A stretch of 64,000 nt of DNA from the human T2T-CHM13v2.0 reference genome, Homo sapiens, in the NCBI RefSeq assembly GCF_009914755.1, contig NC_060947.1, one strand, 5' to 3'. Numbering within the stretch: position 1 is the first letter of the stretch; each line of letters starts with the position of its first letter. Positions 43,870 to 59,283 of the stretch are shown one piece after another. Under the pieces are notes generated by a model, which did not search any database, was not told the origin of the DNA, and saw nothing but the letters and a program-made list of their open reading frames with translations. Position numbers and translations under genes: made by a program.

Positions 43870-45110
43870 AGAATGGGTTGAAATTGATAATGATGGAGTA
43901 ACTTTTGGCAGAACAACCTTCCCACAAAACAATGATATATTCTAGACCAAAATACTAACATATATTACTTAAAAACACTGAAGAGTGACTAAAAATAGAC
44001 AGTAGCTGGAATGGAGAGTTATATCTTCAGAAAAAGGTAGTGGCCCTAAGTGGGTTTCCCAGTTTTACGTCCCTTCACTTGAGGACAAGAACCAGTTGGC
44101 CACACAAGAAAGCTAAACTTCATATAGATAGAAATACACCATCTTACCATATTGAAGACCTAAACCTGTGGTCCTAATATTTTTTTGGTAAAGGACCACA
44201 GAGTAAATATTTTAGGCTTTTGAGCCACATATTGTCTCTGTCGCATAGTTTTTTGTTTGTTTGTTTGTCTTACAACCCTTTAAAATGTTTAAAAAACACA
44301 AACACAAAAAACAAAAAACATTCTTAGCGAATGAGCTTTACAAAAACAGCTAATGGGTTGGATTTGGCCCAGGGACCTTATTTTGACAACCCCTGAACTA
44401 GAGAATACAGTTTGGAATATCTGGAAACTGAAAGGTGAGGGGAGGGTATCCTAAAAACAATTAAGCCAGCGAAGAGGAATCTGAATATTAACTCAGAGTA
44501 TAAACCCTGCCCAAATCTCTAACTGACTATCTGAAATACATATGTGCAGTCCAGACTCCAGATAGTCGCAATAAAGCTAAAGCAATTGAAAAGAGTTTTT
44601 AGCTCCATCCCTTTGCAAGAAGCCAAGAGTCTTTAGTTTGAGTCCAGCCAAGTTAACTATCTGCTAAAATAAAAATATTTTTAAGGGAGCAAAATTGAGA
44701 ATATCTCTAATATATCATTAATAATGTATAGAAAAATATAAAATTATTAGACATATGAATAACAAGATAATTTTATTAGTACTCAAGAGAAAAGCCAGGC
44801 AATGCACAGTAATCTTGAGTTTACCCAGATGTTGGCATTAGAAGACAAAAATGTTAAAGCAGCTATTTTAACGATGCTAAATAAACCAAAGGGAAATATC
44901 CTCACAATGAAAAAACAAATAAGAAACCCAGGCAGAAAAATTAAAACTAGAATAACCAACTGGAAATTCTACAAATAGAAAATTCAATTTCTGAAGTAAA
45001 AATTTTACTGAATGATATTAAGAAAGGATTGGAGATAACACAGAAATAGCGAACTTAAAGAAAGATTGATGAAAATCATTCAAATTTAAGAAAAAAGAGA
45101 ATCAAATGAG
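43870..45110 (+). mobile_element. Very old L1 (L1M5/L1ME-type) 5'UTR/ORF1 relic
   Basis: A-rich ORF1-like stretch CCCAGATGTTGGCATTAGAAGACAAAAATGTTAAAGCAGCTATT...GGAAATTCTACAAATAGAAAA. Confidence 0.55.
44166..44395. mobile_element. MER58-family hAT-Charlie MITE
   Basis: GTAAAGGACCACAGAGTAAATATTTTAGGCTTT...GGATTTGGCCCAGGGACC...TTTGACAACCCCTG terminal end. Confidence 0.85.
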
Positions 45111-45884
45111 ATCATTAGAATAGACCCTGCCATCTAGCTAGGTACTGAGAACATAAAATAGGGACGGAAAAGTTGCATTCAGTGAAAGAAAGAGAAAGGT
45201 TTTTAGCATGGACCTTGCCTGGAATGTGCAGATTATGAAGGGTTGGTGCTGGTGGATGGATAGTTCCCTGAACAAAATCAAGGCTTTTGTTGGTCAGTAA
45301 GAGAAAGTGAGTTAGTAAACAAACAAACAAACAAACAAAAAGGAATAAAATTTTAGGGTGATGTCACTAAAAATAGCAAAAAAGAAAATTCCAGGGTGCT
45401 TTCCTTTCATAAAAACAACTAATGAGCTTGTAAAACCTGTCAAAATAAACTTTTACAGAACTCTGGAATCTAGTTAAAAACACAGCAATCAGGTGAAAGT
45501 TTGGTCAAGAGACAAGTTGCTACAGTAAGAAAATGCTGTGACATTTTAAACTGCCCACCAGCCATCACCCAGATCCCAGATCCATGGCAGCTATTAGGAC
45601 AACATGTTGCATTCCTGGTACAGGTTCCTAGTGCAAGAAAGAGCAATACGGATTTTGTTCTCAAAGAATTGTGGTTGTGGATTTTGATTTGTCCAGTGGC
45701 TCCCTTAAGGACCTGTGAAAGGCCTTGCCTTTACTTCATCTGACTTGGAGCATTCCCAGGGATAGGATGGCTTCCCAGGCAGATTTTGCCAAGATCAGTT
45801 AAAAACTGTAAATACCTACATTGAAAGAGAAGAAAGGTCTCAAATCAATAATCAAAATTTATACTTCAAGAAATTAAAGAAAGA

Positions 45885-46874
45885 GTCTGGAGGTTCCAAG
45901 ATGGCCAAATAGGAACAGCTCCAGTCTGCAGCTCCCAGCATGAGCAACGAAGAAGATGGGTGATTTCTGCATTTCCAACTGAGGTACCAGGTTCATGTCA
46001 CTGGGGCTTCTCAGACAGCGGGTGCAGCTCACGGAGCAGGGCGGGGCATCACCTCACCCAGGACGTGCAAGGGGTCAGGGAATTCCCTTTCCTAGCAAAG
46101 GGAAGTCATGACAGATGGTACCTGGAAAATCAGGAAACGCCCACCCTAATACTGAGATTTTCCAACGGCCTTAGCAAACAGCGCATCAGGAGATTACATC
46201 CCGCGCCTGGCTCAGAGGGTCTAACGCCCACGGACCCTCGCGCACTGCTAGCACAGCAGTCTGAGATCGAACTGCAAGGCGGCAGCCAGGCTGGGGGAGG
46301 GGCGTCCACCATTGCTGAGGCTTGAGGAGTTAAACAAAGCCACTAGGAAGCTCGAACTGGGTGGAGCCCACCACAGCTCAAGGAGGCCTGCCTGCCTCTG
46401 TAGACTCTGCCTCTCGGGGCAGGGTATAGCTGAACAAAAGGCAGCAGAAACTTCTGCAGACTTAAACGTCCCTGTCTGACAGCTTTGAACAGAGTAGTGG
46501 TTCTCCCAGCACGGAGTTTGAGATCTGAGCCTCCTCAAGTGAGTCCCTGACCCCTGAGTAGCCTAACTGGGAGACGCCTTCCAGTAGGGGCCGACTGACA
46601 CCTCATACAGCCAGGTGCCCCTCTGAGACAAAGCTTCCAGAAGAAGGATCAGGCAGCAACATCTACAGTTCTGCAATATTTGTTATTCTGCAGCCTCCAC
46701 TGGTGATACCCAGGCAAACAGGGTCTGGAGTGGGCCTCCAACAAACTCCAACAGAGCTACAGCTGAGGGTCCTGACTGTTAGAAGGAAAACTAACAAACA
46801 GAAAGGACAACCACACCAAAACCCCGTCTGTATGTCACCATCATCAAAGACCAAAGGTAGATAAAACCACAAAG
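45885..46874. promoter_or_regulatory. L1PA 5'UTR: internal sense promoter with YY1 site and antisense promoter region
   Basis: YY1 motif CAAGATGGCC at 45897-45906; residual CpG enrichment 46010-46310; activity is inferred from family knowledge only. Confidence 0.7.
46130..46312 (-). pseudogene. L1 ORF0 homologue, truncated to 60 aa
   Basis: MVDAPPPAWLPPCSSISDCCASSARGSVGVRPSEPG...IRVGVS* aligns with remembered L1HS ORF0p (MAGAPPPASLPPCSLISDCCAS...IRVGVTRFSR, 71 aa). Confidence 0.85.
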
Positions 46875-47899
46875 ATGGGGAGAAACCAGGGCAGAAAAGC
46901 TGAAAATTCTAAAAATCAGAGCACCTCTTCTCCTCCAAAGGAATGCAGCTCCTTGCCAGCAATGGAACAAAGCTGTATGGAGAATGACTTTGACGAGTTG
47001 AGAGAAGAAGGCTTCAGATGATCAGTAATAACAAACTTCTCTGAGCTAAAGGAGGATGTTCGAACCCATTGCAAAGAAGGTAAAAACCTTGGAAAAAGAT
47101 TAGACAAATGGCTAACTAGAATAACCAGTGTAGAGAAGTCCTGAAATGACCTGATGGAGCTGAAAACCATGGCACGAGAACTACGTGACACATGCACAAG
47201 CTTCAGTAGCCAATTTGATCAGGTGGAAGAAAGGTATCATTGACTGAAGATCAAATGAATGAAATGAAGTGAGAAGAGAAGTTTAGAGAAAAAAGAGTAA
47301 AAAGAAATGAACAAAGCCTCTAAGAAATATGGGACTATGTGAAAAGACCAAATCTACATCTGATTGGTGTACCTGAAAGTGATGGGGAGAATGGAACCAA
47401 GTTGGAAAACACTCTTCAGGATACTATACAAGAGAACTTCCCCAACCTAGCAAAGCAGGCCAACATTCAAATTCAGGAAACACAGAGAACACCACAAAGA
47501 TACTCCTCGAGAAGAGCAACTCCAAGACACATAATTGTCAGATTCACCAAAGTTGAAATGAAGGAAAAAATGTTAAGAGCAGCCAGAGAGAAAGGTCCGG
47601 TTACCCACAAAGAGAAGCCCATCAGACTAACAGCTGATCTCTCAGCAGAAACTCTACAAGCCAGAAGAGAGTGGGGGCCAATATTCAACATTCTTAAAGA
47701 AAAGAATTTTCAACACAGAATTTCATATCCAGCCAACCTAAGCTTCATAAGTGAAGGAGAAATAAAATCCTTTACAGACAAACAAATGCTGAGAGATTTT
47801 GTCACCACTAGGCCTGCCTTACAAGAGCTCCTGAAGGAAGCACTAAACATGCAAAGGAACAACCGGTACCAGCCACTACAAAAACATGCCAAATTGTAA
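46875..47899 (+). pseudogene. L1PA5 ORF1 (RNA-binding protein), disrupted in the 5' half
   Basis: ATGGGGAGAAACCAG start; 186-aa intact RRM/CTD part ending RYQPLQKHAKL*; upstream stops. Confidence 0.92.
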
Positions 47900-47962
47900 A
47901 GACCATTGAGGCTAGGAAGAAACTGCATCAACTAATGAGTAAAATAACCAGCTAACATCATA

Positions 47963-51793
<3,831 letters not shown>

Positions 51794-54264
51794 ACAATGA
51801 GAACACTTGGACACAGGGTGGGGAACCTCATACACCGGGGCCTGTCGTGGGGTGGGGAGAGGGAGGAGGTATAACATTAGGAGATATACCTAATGTAAAT
51901 GACGAGTTAATGGGTGCAGCACACCAACATGGCACATGTATACATATGTAACAAACCTGCAGTTTGTGCACATGTACCCTAGAACTTAAAGTATAATAAT
52001 AATGATAAAGAAATTAGAGAAAGAAGAACAAATTAAGCACAAAGCTTCAGTAGGAATTAAAGAATAAATATTACAGCAGAGATAAATTAAATAGAGAATA
52101 AACAACCAGAGAGAATCAACAAAATCAAAGATTGGTTGTTTAAAAAAATCAACAAAATTGCTAAACCTTTAGTTAGGACTGTTAAAGAATAAAAAAGTGC
52201 AAATAAGTAAAATTAGAAATGAAACTAGGAGCATTCCTACTGACTTGACAGAATTAAAAAGTATTATAAAAGATTGCTATGACCAATTGTTTGCCAACAA
52301 ACTAGATAACCTAAATAAAATTGGCAAATCCCTAGAAACAGTGAAATGAACAAAACCGACTCAAGGTGAAATAGAAAATCTCAACAAATGTATAACAAGT
52401 AAAGAGATTAAATCAGTCAACCAAAAACCTCCCACCAAAGAAAAGTTTTGGACCAGATGGCTTCACTAGTTAATTATACCAATAATTTAAAGAATAATTA
52501 ACTCAAATCCTCTCAAGTTCTTCCAAAAAATACAGAAGAAGCACTTCCTAACTCATTCTATGAATTCACCTTCACTAAGATAACCAAGCCAGACAGACAC
52601 ATCACAATAAAGGACCAATATTCCTTATGAAAATAATGCAAAAATCCTCAACAATATACTAGGAAAAAGAATTTAGCAACATATTAAAAAAATTGTTCAC
52701 CATGGTCGAGTGGGTTTCCTCCTAGGAATTCAAGGTTCAACATAAAAATAATCAAGTCATGCAATAAAACATATAAGTAAAATTTAAAATGCACACACAA
52801 TCTTCTAAGTTGATACAGAAAAAAAAACACTGGACCAAATCCAGCATCCTTACAATATAAAAACACTTAAATTAGAAATAGAGGAAGCTTCCTCAACAAG
52901 ATGAAGAGCATTTTACAAATCTTCATGCTCTTGGATTTGGCAATAGATTGTGTAGATATGATATTAAAAGTATGAGTAATAAAAGGAAAAATAGATTGTG
53001 TTTTATCAAAACTAAAAACTTTGGGCATCAAAAGACATTATCAATGAAGTGAAAAGACAAAAAAATGGGAGGAAACATTTGCACATCATGACTCTGATAC
53101 AAGCTTAACATACAGAATATAGAAAAACTCCTACAACATAATAACAAAAAGACAAAAAAAGGGCAAAAGACTTGAATAGAACATATTTCTCCCAAGAAGA
53201 TATATAAGTGACCGATAAACACATGAAAGATGCTCAACATCATCAGTCATTAGGGAAATGGAAATCAAAACCACAATGAAATATCACTTCATGCCCAATA
53301 GGATGACTATGATTTTTTTTAACAAAGGAAAATATCATGTTGGCAAGCACATAGAGAAATTAGAACCCTTATACTTTCCTGGTATGGATGTAAAATAGTG
53401 CAGCCACTTTGGAAAAGTTTTATGCTTCATTAAATGTTAAAGATAGAGCTAACATACAACTCAGAAGCTCCTTTTCTTAAAAGCGCTCAGACATTTAAAT
53501 ATATCCTTGTACAGAAAAGTTTGTAGCAGCATTATTCAGAAAACCCAAAAGATGGGAACAACCCAAGTGTCCATCAACTGATAAATGAATAAACAAAATT
53601 GGTTGTATCCATACAATGAAATATTGTTAAGCTATAAAAGTGATCAAAATACTGATACATGCTACAACATGGATGAATCTCAGAAGCCAGACACCAAAGG
53701 TCACATATTGTATTAGTCCATTTATATGAAATATCCAGAATAGGTAAATCCATAGAGATAGAGAGCAGAATGCTGCTTGTCAGGGGCTCTGAGAGTGGGG
53801 AAGGGGGAGTGACTACTTAATGGGCAGGAAGTTTTCTTTTAGTATGATGAAAATGCTTCTGAATTAGATAGAGGTGATGATTGCACAATATTATGAAGAT
53901 AGTAACTGCCACTGAATTGTACACTTTAAAATAATTAATTTTATGTTATATGAATTCTACTCCAATGAAACATTTTTAAAAAGAAAAACTTCACCTCAGT
54001 CCAATCAATATTAATAAGAACCTTTTCTGTAGGAGCCCTGTGATGGAGAACTGCGAGTCTATGATTTGTATTGGAAACAGACCCTGCTTTCCAAGGGGTC
54101 CCAGGGAAACACACACACACACACACGCACACCTCTAATATATTAAGAGGCAGATTAACGATGCCATTAGAAAACTTTGAGGGCATAGGAAAAAGCACTG
54201 GACGGTGATGGGAAGGGGTGCATAGAAGAGATAACATTGGAGCTACCTCATTTGAGAAACAGAT

Positions 54265-54500
54265 TGACGTAGTTTAACAGAAAGAACATAGGGCATTGAA
54301 GCTAGACTATGTGGGTTAAAATCCTACCTTTGCTTGATCCAGCTGCATGACTATGGGAATGTCAGTGCATTTCTTGAAGCCTTTTTTTCCTCTTCTGCAA
54401 AATAGAGATATTAACAATTCCTACTTATTAGGGTTGTTTTGAGGATTAGATGAGAAATGCCTGTAAGTACTTGGCTCAGAAAGGCACATGTGCTGTTCTT
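54265..54500 (+). mobile_element. MIR SINE
   Basis: GTGGGTTAAAATCCTACCTTTGC...CTTCTGCAAAATAGAGATA...AGGGTTGTTTTGAGGATTAGATGAG. Confidence 0.8.
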
Positions 54501-57500
54501 TGCTAATTTAGCTTTCTTCCTCTGTTCAGTGCATTGCTCTGCAGGTGGTGGGAATAGACTCTTTGCAGGAGGTGTAGGGGTTGGGATGGGGAGAAAATGA
54601 GGTGAAATGATGTTTTTGAAGAGGTCTTTCATTTTCAGAATCTCAGAGAGGAATCTTGGCAATCTCCACTATTTCCTTTTCCACCTAGATTGGTGTGCAG
54701 CTCCTAGAAAAACGCTGCACCCTAAGAGTAGCAGGCCCAGTATGCAGATGGCTGCAGGGAGAATTCAGCATTGATATGCTTTAAGCCCTGTAGACTCCCT
54801 TTGCTTGCTGCTCTCTCCCTTGGCATGCTGTCAGCTGGTGGGTGCATCAGGTCCTAGTAATTCTGGGACACATGGTTGCTGTGTCTTATTTCAAGGAAAC
54901 CCCAAAGTGCAACACATTAGGAATTACATAAATATATTAAATGAACTGCTCAACCATTACCTTGCACCTAATTATTTTACTGCCTTTTGCTTTGTAAGCG
55001 TTTTTCTGTCCTGAAGAACTCAAAATGATGAAATGGCCTTGGCTAAAAACAAGTGATTCTCTGCATAGCAGCTCCTTCTCTCTGCAGGGACAACACAGCC
55101 TGAGGTTGCTGGTGTCTGCACAAACACAGCAGCTGACAAGGCAAAGATGCACAGGCTGACTTTTAATGGTGTATATTTTTCTAGGTTTTTAAAGAGCTTT
55201 AACCCATTTGCTGCCCCAATTAGTTTTAAGATTTTTATGCAATAACTTGTAATAAAATATATTTACAACCAAATGAGTAAGTAAACATCTCCACCCCAGC
55301 ACTTCTTGGCTGTGTTCTGCATAGCTTAGACATTTTTCTGCTTCTGCCTACCAAAGGATTGGGGCAATTTTTTCTTCAAAGACTGAACCCTTGGGATAGT
55401 AGGTAAATGCCCCTTTTACATTTCTTGTGGTATACTGCCCCCTCAGTGTTCCCTGCAGTGTGACTCATACACAGTCATTGTGTAAAATAACTATTTTATC
55501 ACAGAGTAAACAAATATGATACAATAGAAGTAGCACCACACCAAAATTAGGAATCTTAGAGATTCTTTTCTACCAACGAACTTTGCCTGTCATTATCATT
55601 CCATAACTGTGTGACTCTGAATGTGCTTCTTGTCCTCTCTGTGTCTCATGTTCAAATGATCTTATTATGTGATCTTTACAGTTTTCCCACGATATAGCAT
55701 TCACTACAATCCTGGTAAATTGCAAGTACAAAATCACACATTCTTCTATTGAGCTTGGCTTGCCTTAAAGCATTGCTGGTCCTACTCAAGTCCTCTTTGT
55801 TTCACTTATAGATTAGCTAACACTCATAGTTTAACCTATTGAATCATTCAATCTTTTCAATTTTTTTTTCCAATCCTGTTATCACAGAAGAAGCAGAGTC
55901 TCTGAATTCTGGTTCCTAGATTTTTTGTTATTCCTTGTTTAAAGTATGACTCTTTCCTTAAGAGTAATCCAAAGCAAACCCAAAGTGAGCCATGTCCCTG
56001 AGAACTATTCCAAAATTTCTTTAAACTATCATTGTGCTGACCTGGTCACATAGAACTTGTTCTCTCAAGTCTTCTGCCTGAGGATTTATGTCTTCATAAT
56101 TTCTAAAAGGTTTATTTATTCTGTCACCAAAGACTCCAAACCATGTGCTTAGCCTTACTCAAACACACAGTAGTGTTAACCATTATTTCAGCCTTAGGAT
56201 GTGGGTTGATCATCTGCATATGACTTTCGAAAGAGTTTTTTCCCCCTTATTGTTTTTTGTCATTAGAATTTGTTTACTTTGGGTTATTCCATGGAATGTT
56301 CTGAATGTATGGACCTATTAATCCATCAGATTGTGTCTAATGTTTGGGGTGAGGGAAATGATCAATTTATTTCTTGACATGTTGCATTTTAGTTACCTGT
56401 AGAAAAATTAGAATCAAATAACCAGTGAATAGCTGGATATTCTGCATGTATAGTTTAGGAGAGAGATTATAGCTGAAAATACAGATCTGAGATTCATAAT
56501 TTCATAGACAGTAACTGAAGTGTGGAAGAAGATAACATCAATTATGACAACATACAGGGTGAGAATAATAGGGTTGAGAATGGAGCCCTGGGAAATACTG
56601 AGGTTTAAGAAGGAGGAAGAGAAACTTCCCAGTGAGGTAGAGAAAGGAAGGTTTGAGAGATAGATGGCTAATTAAAAGAGGATACTGTAAAGAAGACAAA
56701 GGAGTAGGAAATCTCTAAAAAGAGAAAGTGGTTAATGATAATGACAGACAACAGAAAGATCACATATATTTGACTTGGACATGGCCAGAAGCCTCTTTGT
56801 GATGAAGTTATTCCATTTTGATAAAAATAATTTCAATAAGAAACTCATTATTGGTAATTATTTTGTAATTAAGTAAAAGTGAATGCAACGAACAGTATTA
56901 ATCTGATAAATTTTGAGTGAGGGACAGCACTGCGATTTCAGTACAGTGTGGTAGAAAGCAGAGTATGAAGTATGATGATGGTCGTTACAGTTAATTTAAT
57001 TTCTTTAAGATAGAAATATTGGTGGAATGTGAAAATCTGTGGCATTTTTTTCTGCTTTCTGTTAAATTCATGAAATATTGAAGCACCCACTTTTTTCTGT
57101 GCTTAGAACATCTATCCTTGGCTTCTTAACTTTCTTAAAAGTTGGAACACATAAATTTCAGCAGTTTTTAGCTTATTTCCAACTTTATTCAGGAGTTAAG
57201 ATCATTCCAAGGTTGTCATCATTCCTTTGACTTTTATTTCTTAAAACTGTCTCCAAGATGCTAAAAAGCTGATTAAATGATCAGGCAAGTCAACCTTGTT
57301 TGATGCTGGATTGACATCAAATAAATGATGTGAAGATGCAGCAGGGTGTAGACATTGCAATCTCAGCATCTAGTAAAATAGTGGGAATGGCAGAGTAAGG
57401 ACCAGCGAAAATCCTCCTCTTTATAAATGCAATGCAGATACTGGAAAAAATTGTCAGAATCTTCTTTTTCATAACTCTGAAAGCTAACCAAAGATTTGCA

Positions 57501-58034
57501 TCATTCCAGGAAGTATACATTTAAGAAAAATGGCTGAAACACAGTAAGATCAGTGAGTTTTATGGCATTTTTACTTGCCTTTTTCAATTTCCCTTTTCCC
57601 GACTCTGCAGGTAAACAACAGCTTGTCAGCAACTGGGAGATTGTGGCGGTGGGAGGGATAATTGTCTTTATTCAATTTGTTTAGTGGTTCTCTGGAAGAC
57701 CCAATTCACAACGTTTGTTTTTACATGCCTGGACTTGCCTGGTGCAAATTGACTTTTACCAAAAGTATTTGTCAAAAATAATCAGCAGCAATTGTTTAGC
57801 ATCATAGCAACTTGAGGTGGTGGATAACAGCTGGGGTAAATAATGAGCTAATTAAAAACTTAAAAAGGAAAAGCTGAGGAATTAGATGACCTTAGGGGAC
57901 TTTGAAAAGTGTTAGCTTGCAGAAATGGGCAAGCTGATTAAAAAATTTCTATGAAAATTCAAGGAAATTAGAATAGCCAAATAATCTTCAAAAGAATTGG
58001 AAGATTACACTTTCCAATTTCAAAACTTACTACA

Positions 58035-58205
58035 AAAAACAAAAATCAAAATAGTGTGGTATTGGCCTAAGGATATATGTATATATCTGTGGAATAGAAT
58101 AGATAGTTCAGACATAAAATCAAAAACAAAAATCAAAATAGCGTGGTATTGGCCTAAGGATAAACATATATATCTGTGGAATAGAATAGATAGTTCAGAC
58201 ATAAA
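58035..58205. repeat. 87-bp-period tandem duplication (80/84 identical) in old L1 ORF2
   Basis: AAAAACAAAAATCAAAATAG(T/C)GTGGTATTGGCCTAAGG...TTCAGACATAAA at 58035-58118 and 58122-58205. Confidence 0.96.
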
Positions 58206-58268
58206 CCCTATGGTCAATTGATTCTTGACAAAGATACCAAGAAAATTTAATAATGAGAGAATGTAGTC

Positions 58269-58554
58269 TTTTTTTTTAGACAGAATCTCGCTCTGTCTCC
58301 AGGCTAGAGTGCAGTGGCGCGATCTCGGCTCACTGGAACCTCTGACTCCCTCACCAAGCAATTCTCCTGCCTCAGCCTCCCGAGTAGCTGGGATTACATG
58401 CATATGCCACCACGTGCTGCTAATTTTTGTATTTTTAGTAGAAACAGGGTTTCACCATGCTGGCCAGGATGTTCTCCATCTCCTGACCTCATGATCCGCC
58501 CACCTCAGCCTCCCAAAGCACTGGGATTATAGGCATGAACCACCACGCCCGGCC
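58269..58554 (-). mobile_element. AluS (AluSc-like), minus strand
   Basis: Poly(T) then AGACAGAATCTCGCTCTGTC...CTCCTGACCTCATGATCCGCC...CACGCCCGGCC; TSD core AGAATGTAGT at 58258-58267 and 58556-58565. Confidence 0.94.
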
Positions 58555-59283
58555 AAGAATGTAGTTTAAAAAAAAAAAAAAAAGAAAAAGAAAAAGAAAA
58601 AAGAAAGGTGCTGAGACAACTACATAAGCATATGTAAAGGAACGAACTTAATCCTCTACCTCACACCGTATACCAAAATCAACACAAATTAAATCAAAGT
58701 TTCAAGTGTAAGAACTAATGCTATAAAACTCTTAGGATAAAACATAAGTGTAAATATTTATGACCTAGAATTAGGCAACAGTTTCACAGACAAGACACCT
58801 AAAGCAAAAGAAGCTACAGGAAAATAGAATTTTTTCTATTTTTTGATGAATGAAAAAAATGAATTCAAAAAACTGAATTTCATCAAAATTACATTTTTTG
58901 TGGACCCAAGGATACTATAAACAAAGTGATAAGATATCTTGCAGAATGTTAGCAATCATTTCCAAATTATATATCTGACAAGTATCTTTTATCAGGAATA
59001 TATAAAGAACTCTTGATAACTGCACAATAAGAGAAAACCCAGCTTAAAAATGGGCAAACAATTTGAATAAACATTTCTCCAAAGAAAATATACAAATGGA
59101 AGCTAAGCACAGCAAAAATGCTTAACATCATTAGCCATATGAAGTAAATGCAAATCAAAATCATTTGGATACTGCTTCTCCCACACTAGGATGGACATAA
59201 TAAAAAGATAGATAATAACAAGTGTTGGACAGGATATAGAGAAATATACATTCCTGGTGGAATATAAAATGGTGCTGCTGTCA

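Larger units (their letters stand above)
57370..59283 (+). mobile_element. Old L1 (L1M4/L1MC-type): 5'UTR piece joined to distal ORF2; host of an Alu and of the L1PB
   Basis: 5' GGAATGGCAGAGTAAGGACC...TGTCAGAATC...TTTTTCATAACTCTG; ORF2 peptide KIVWYWPKD...WNRIDS from ~57917 onward. Confidence 0.7.
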
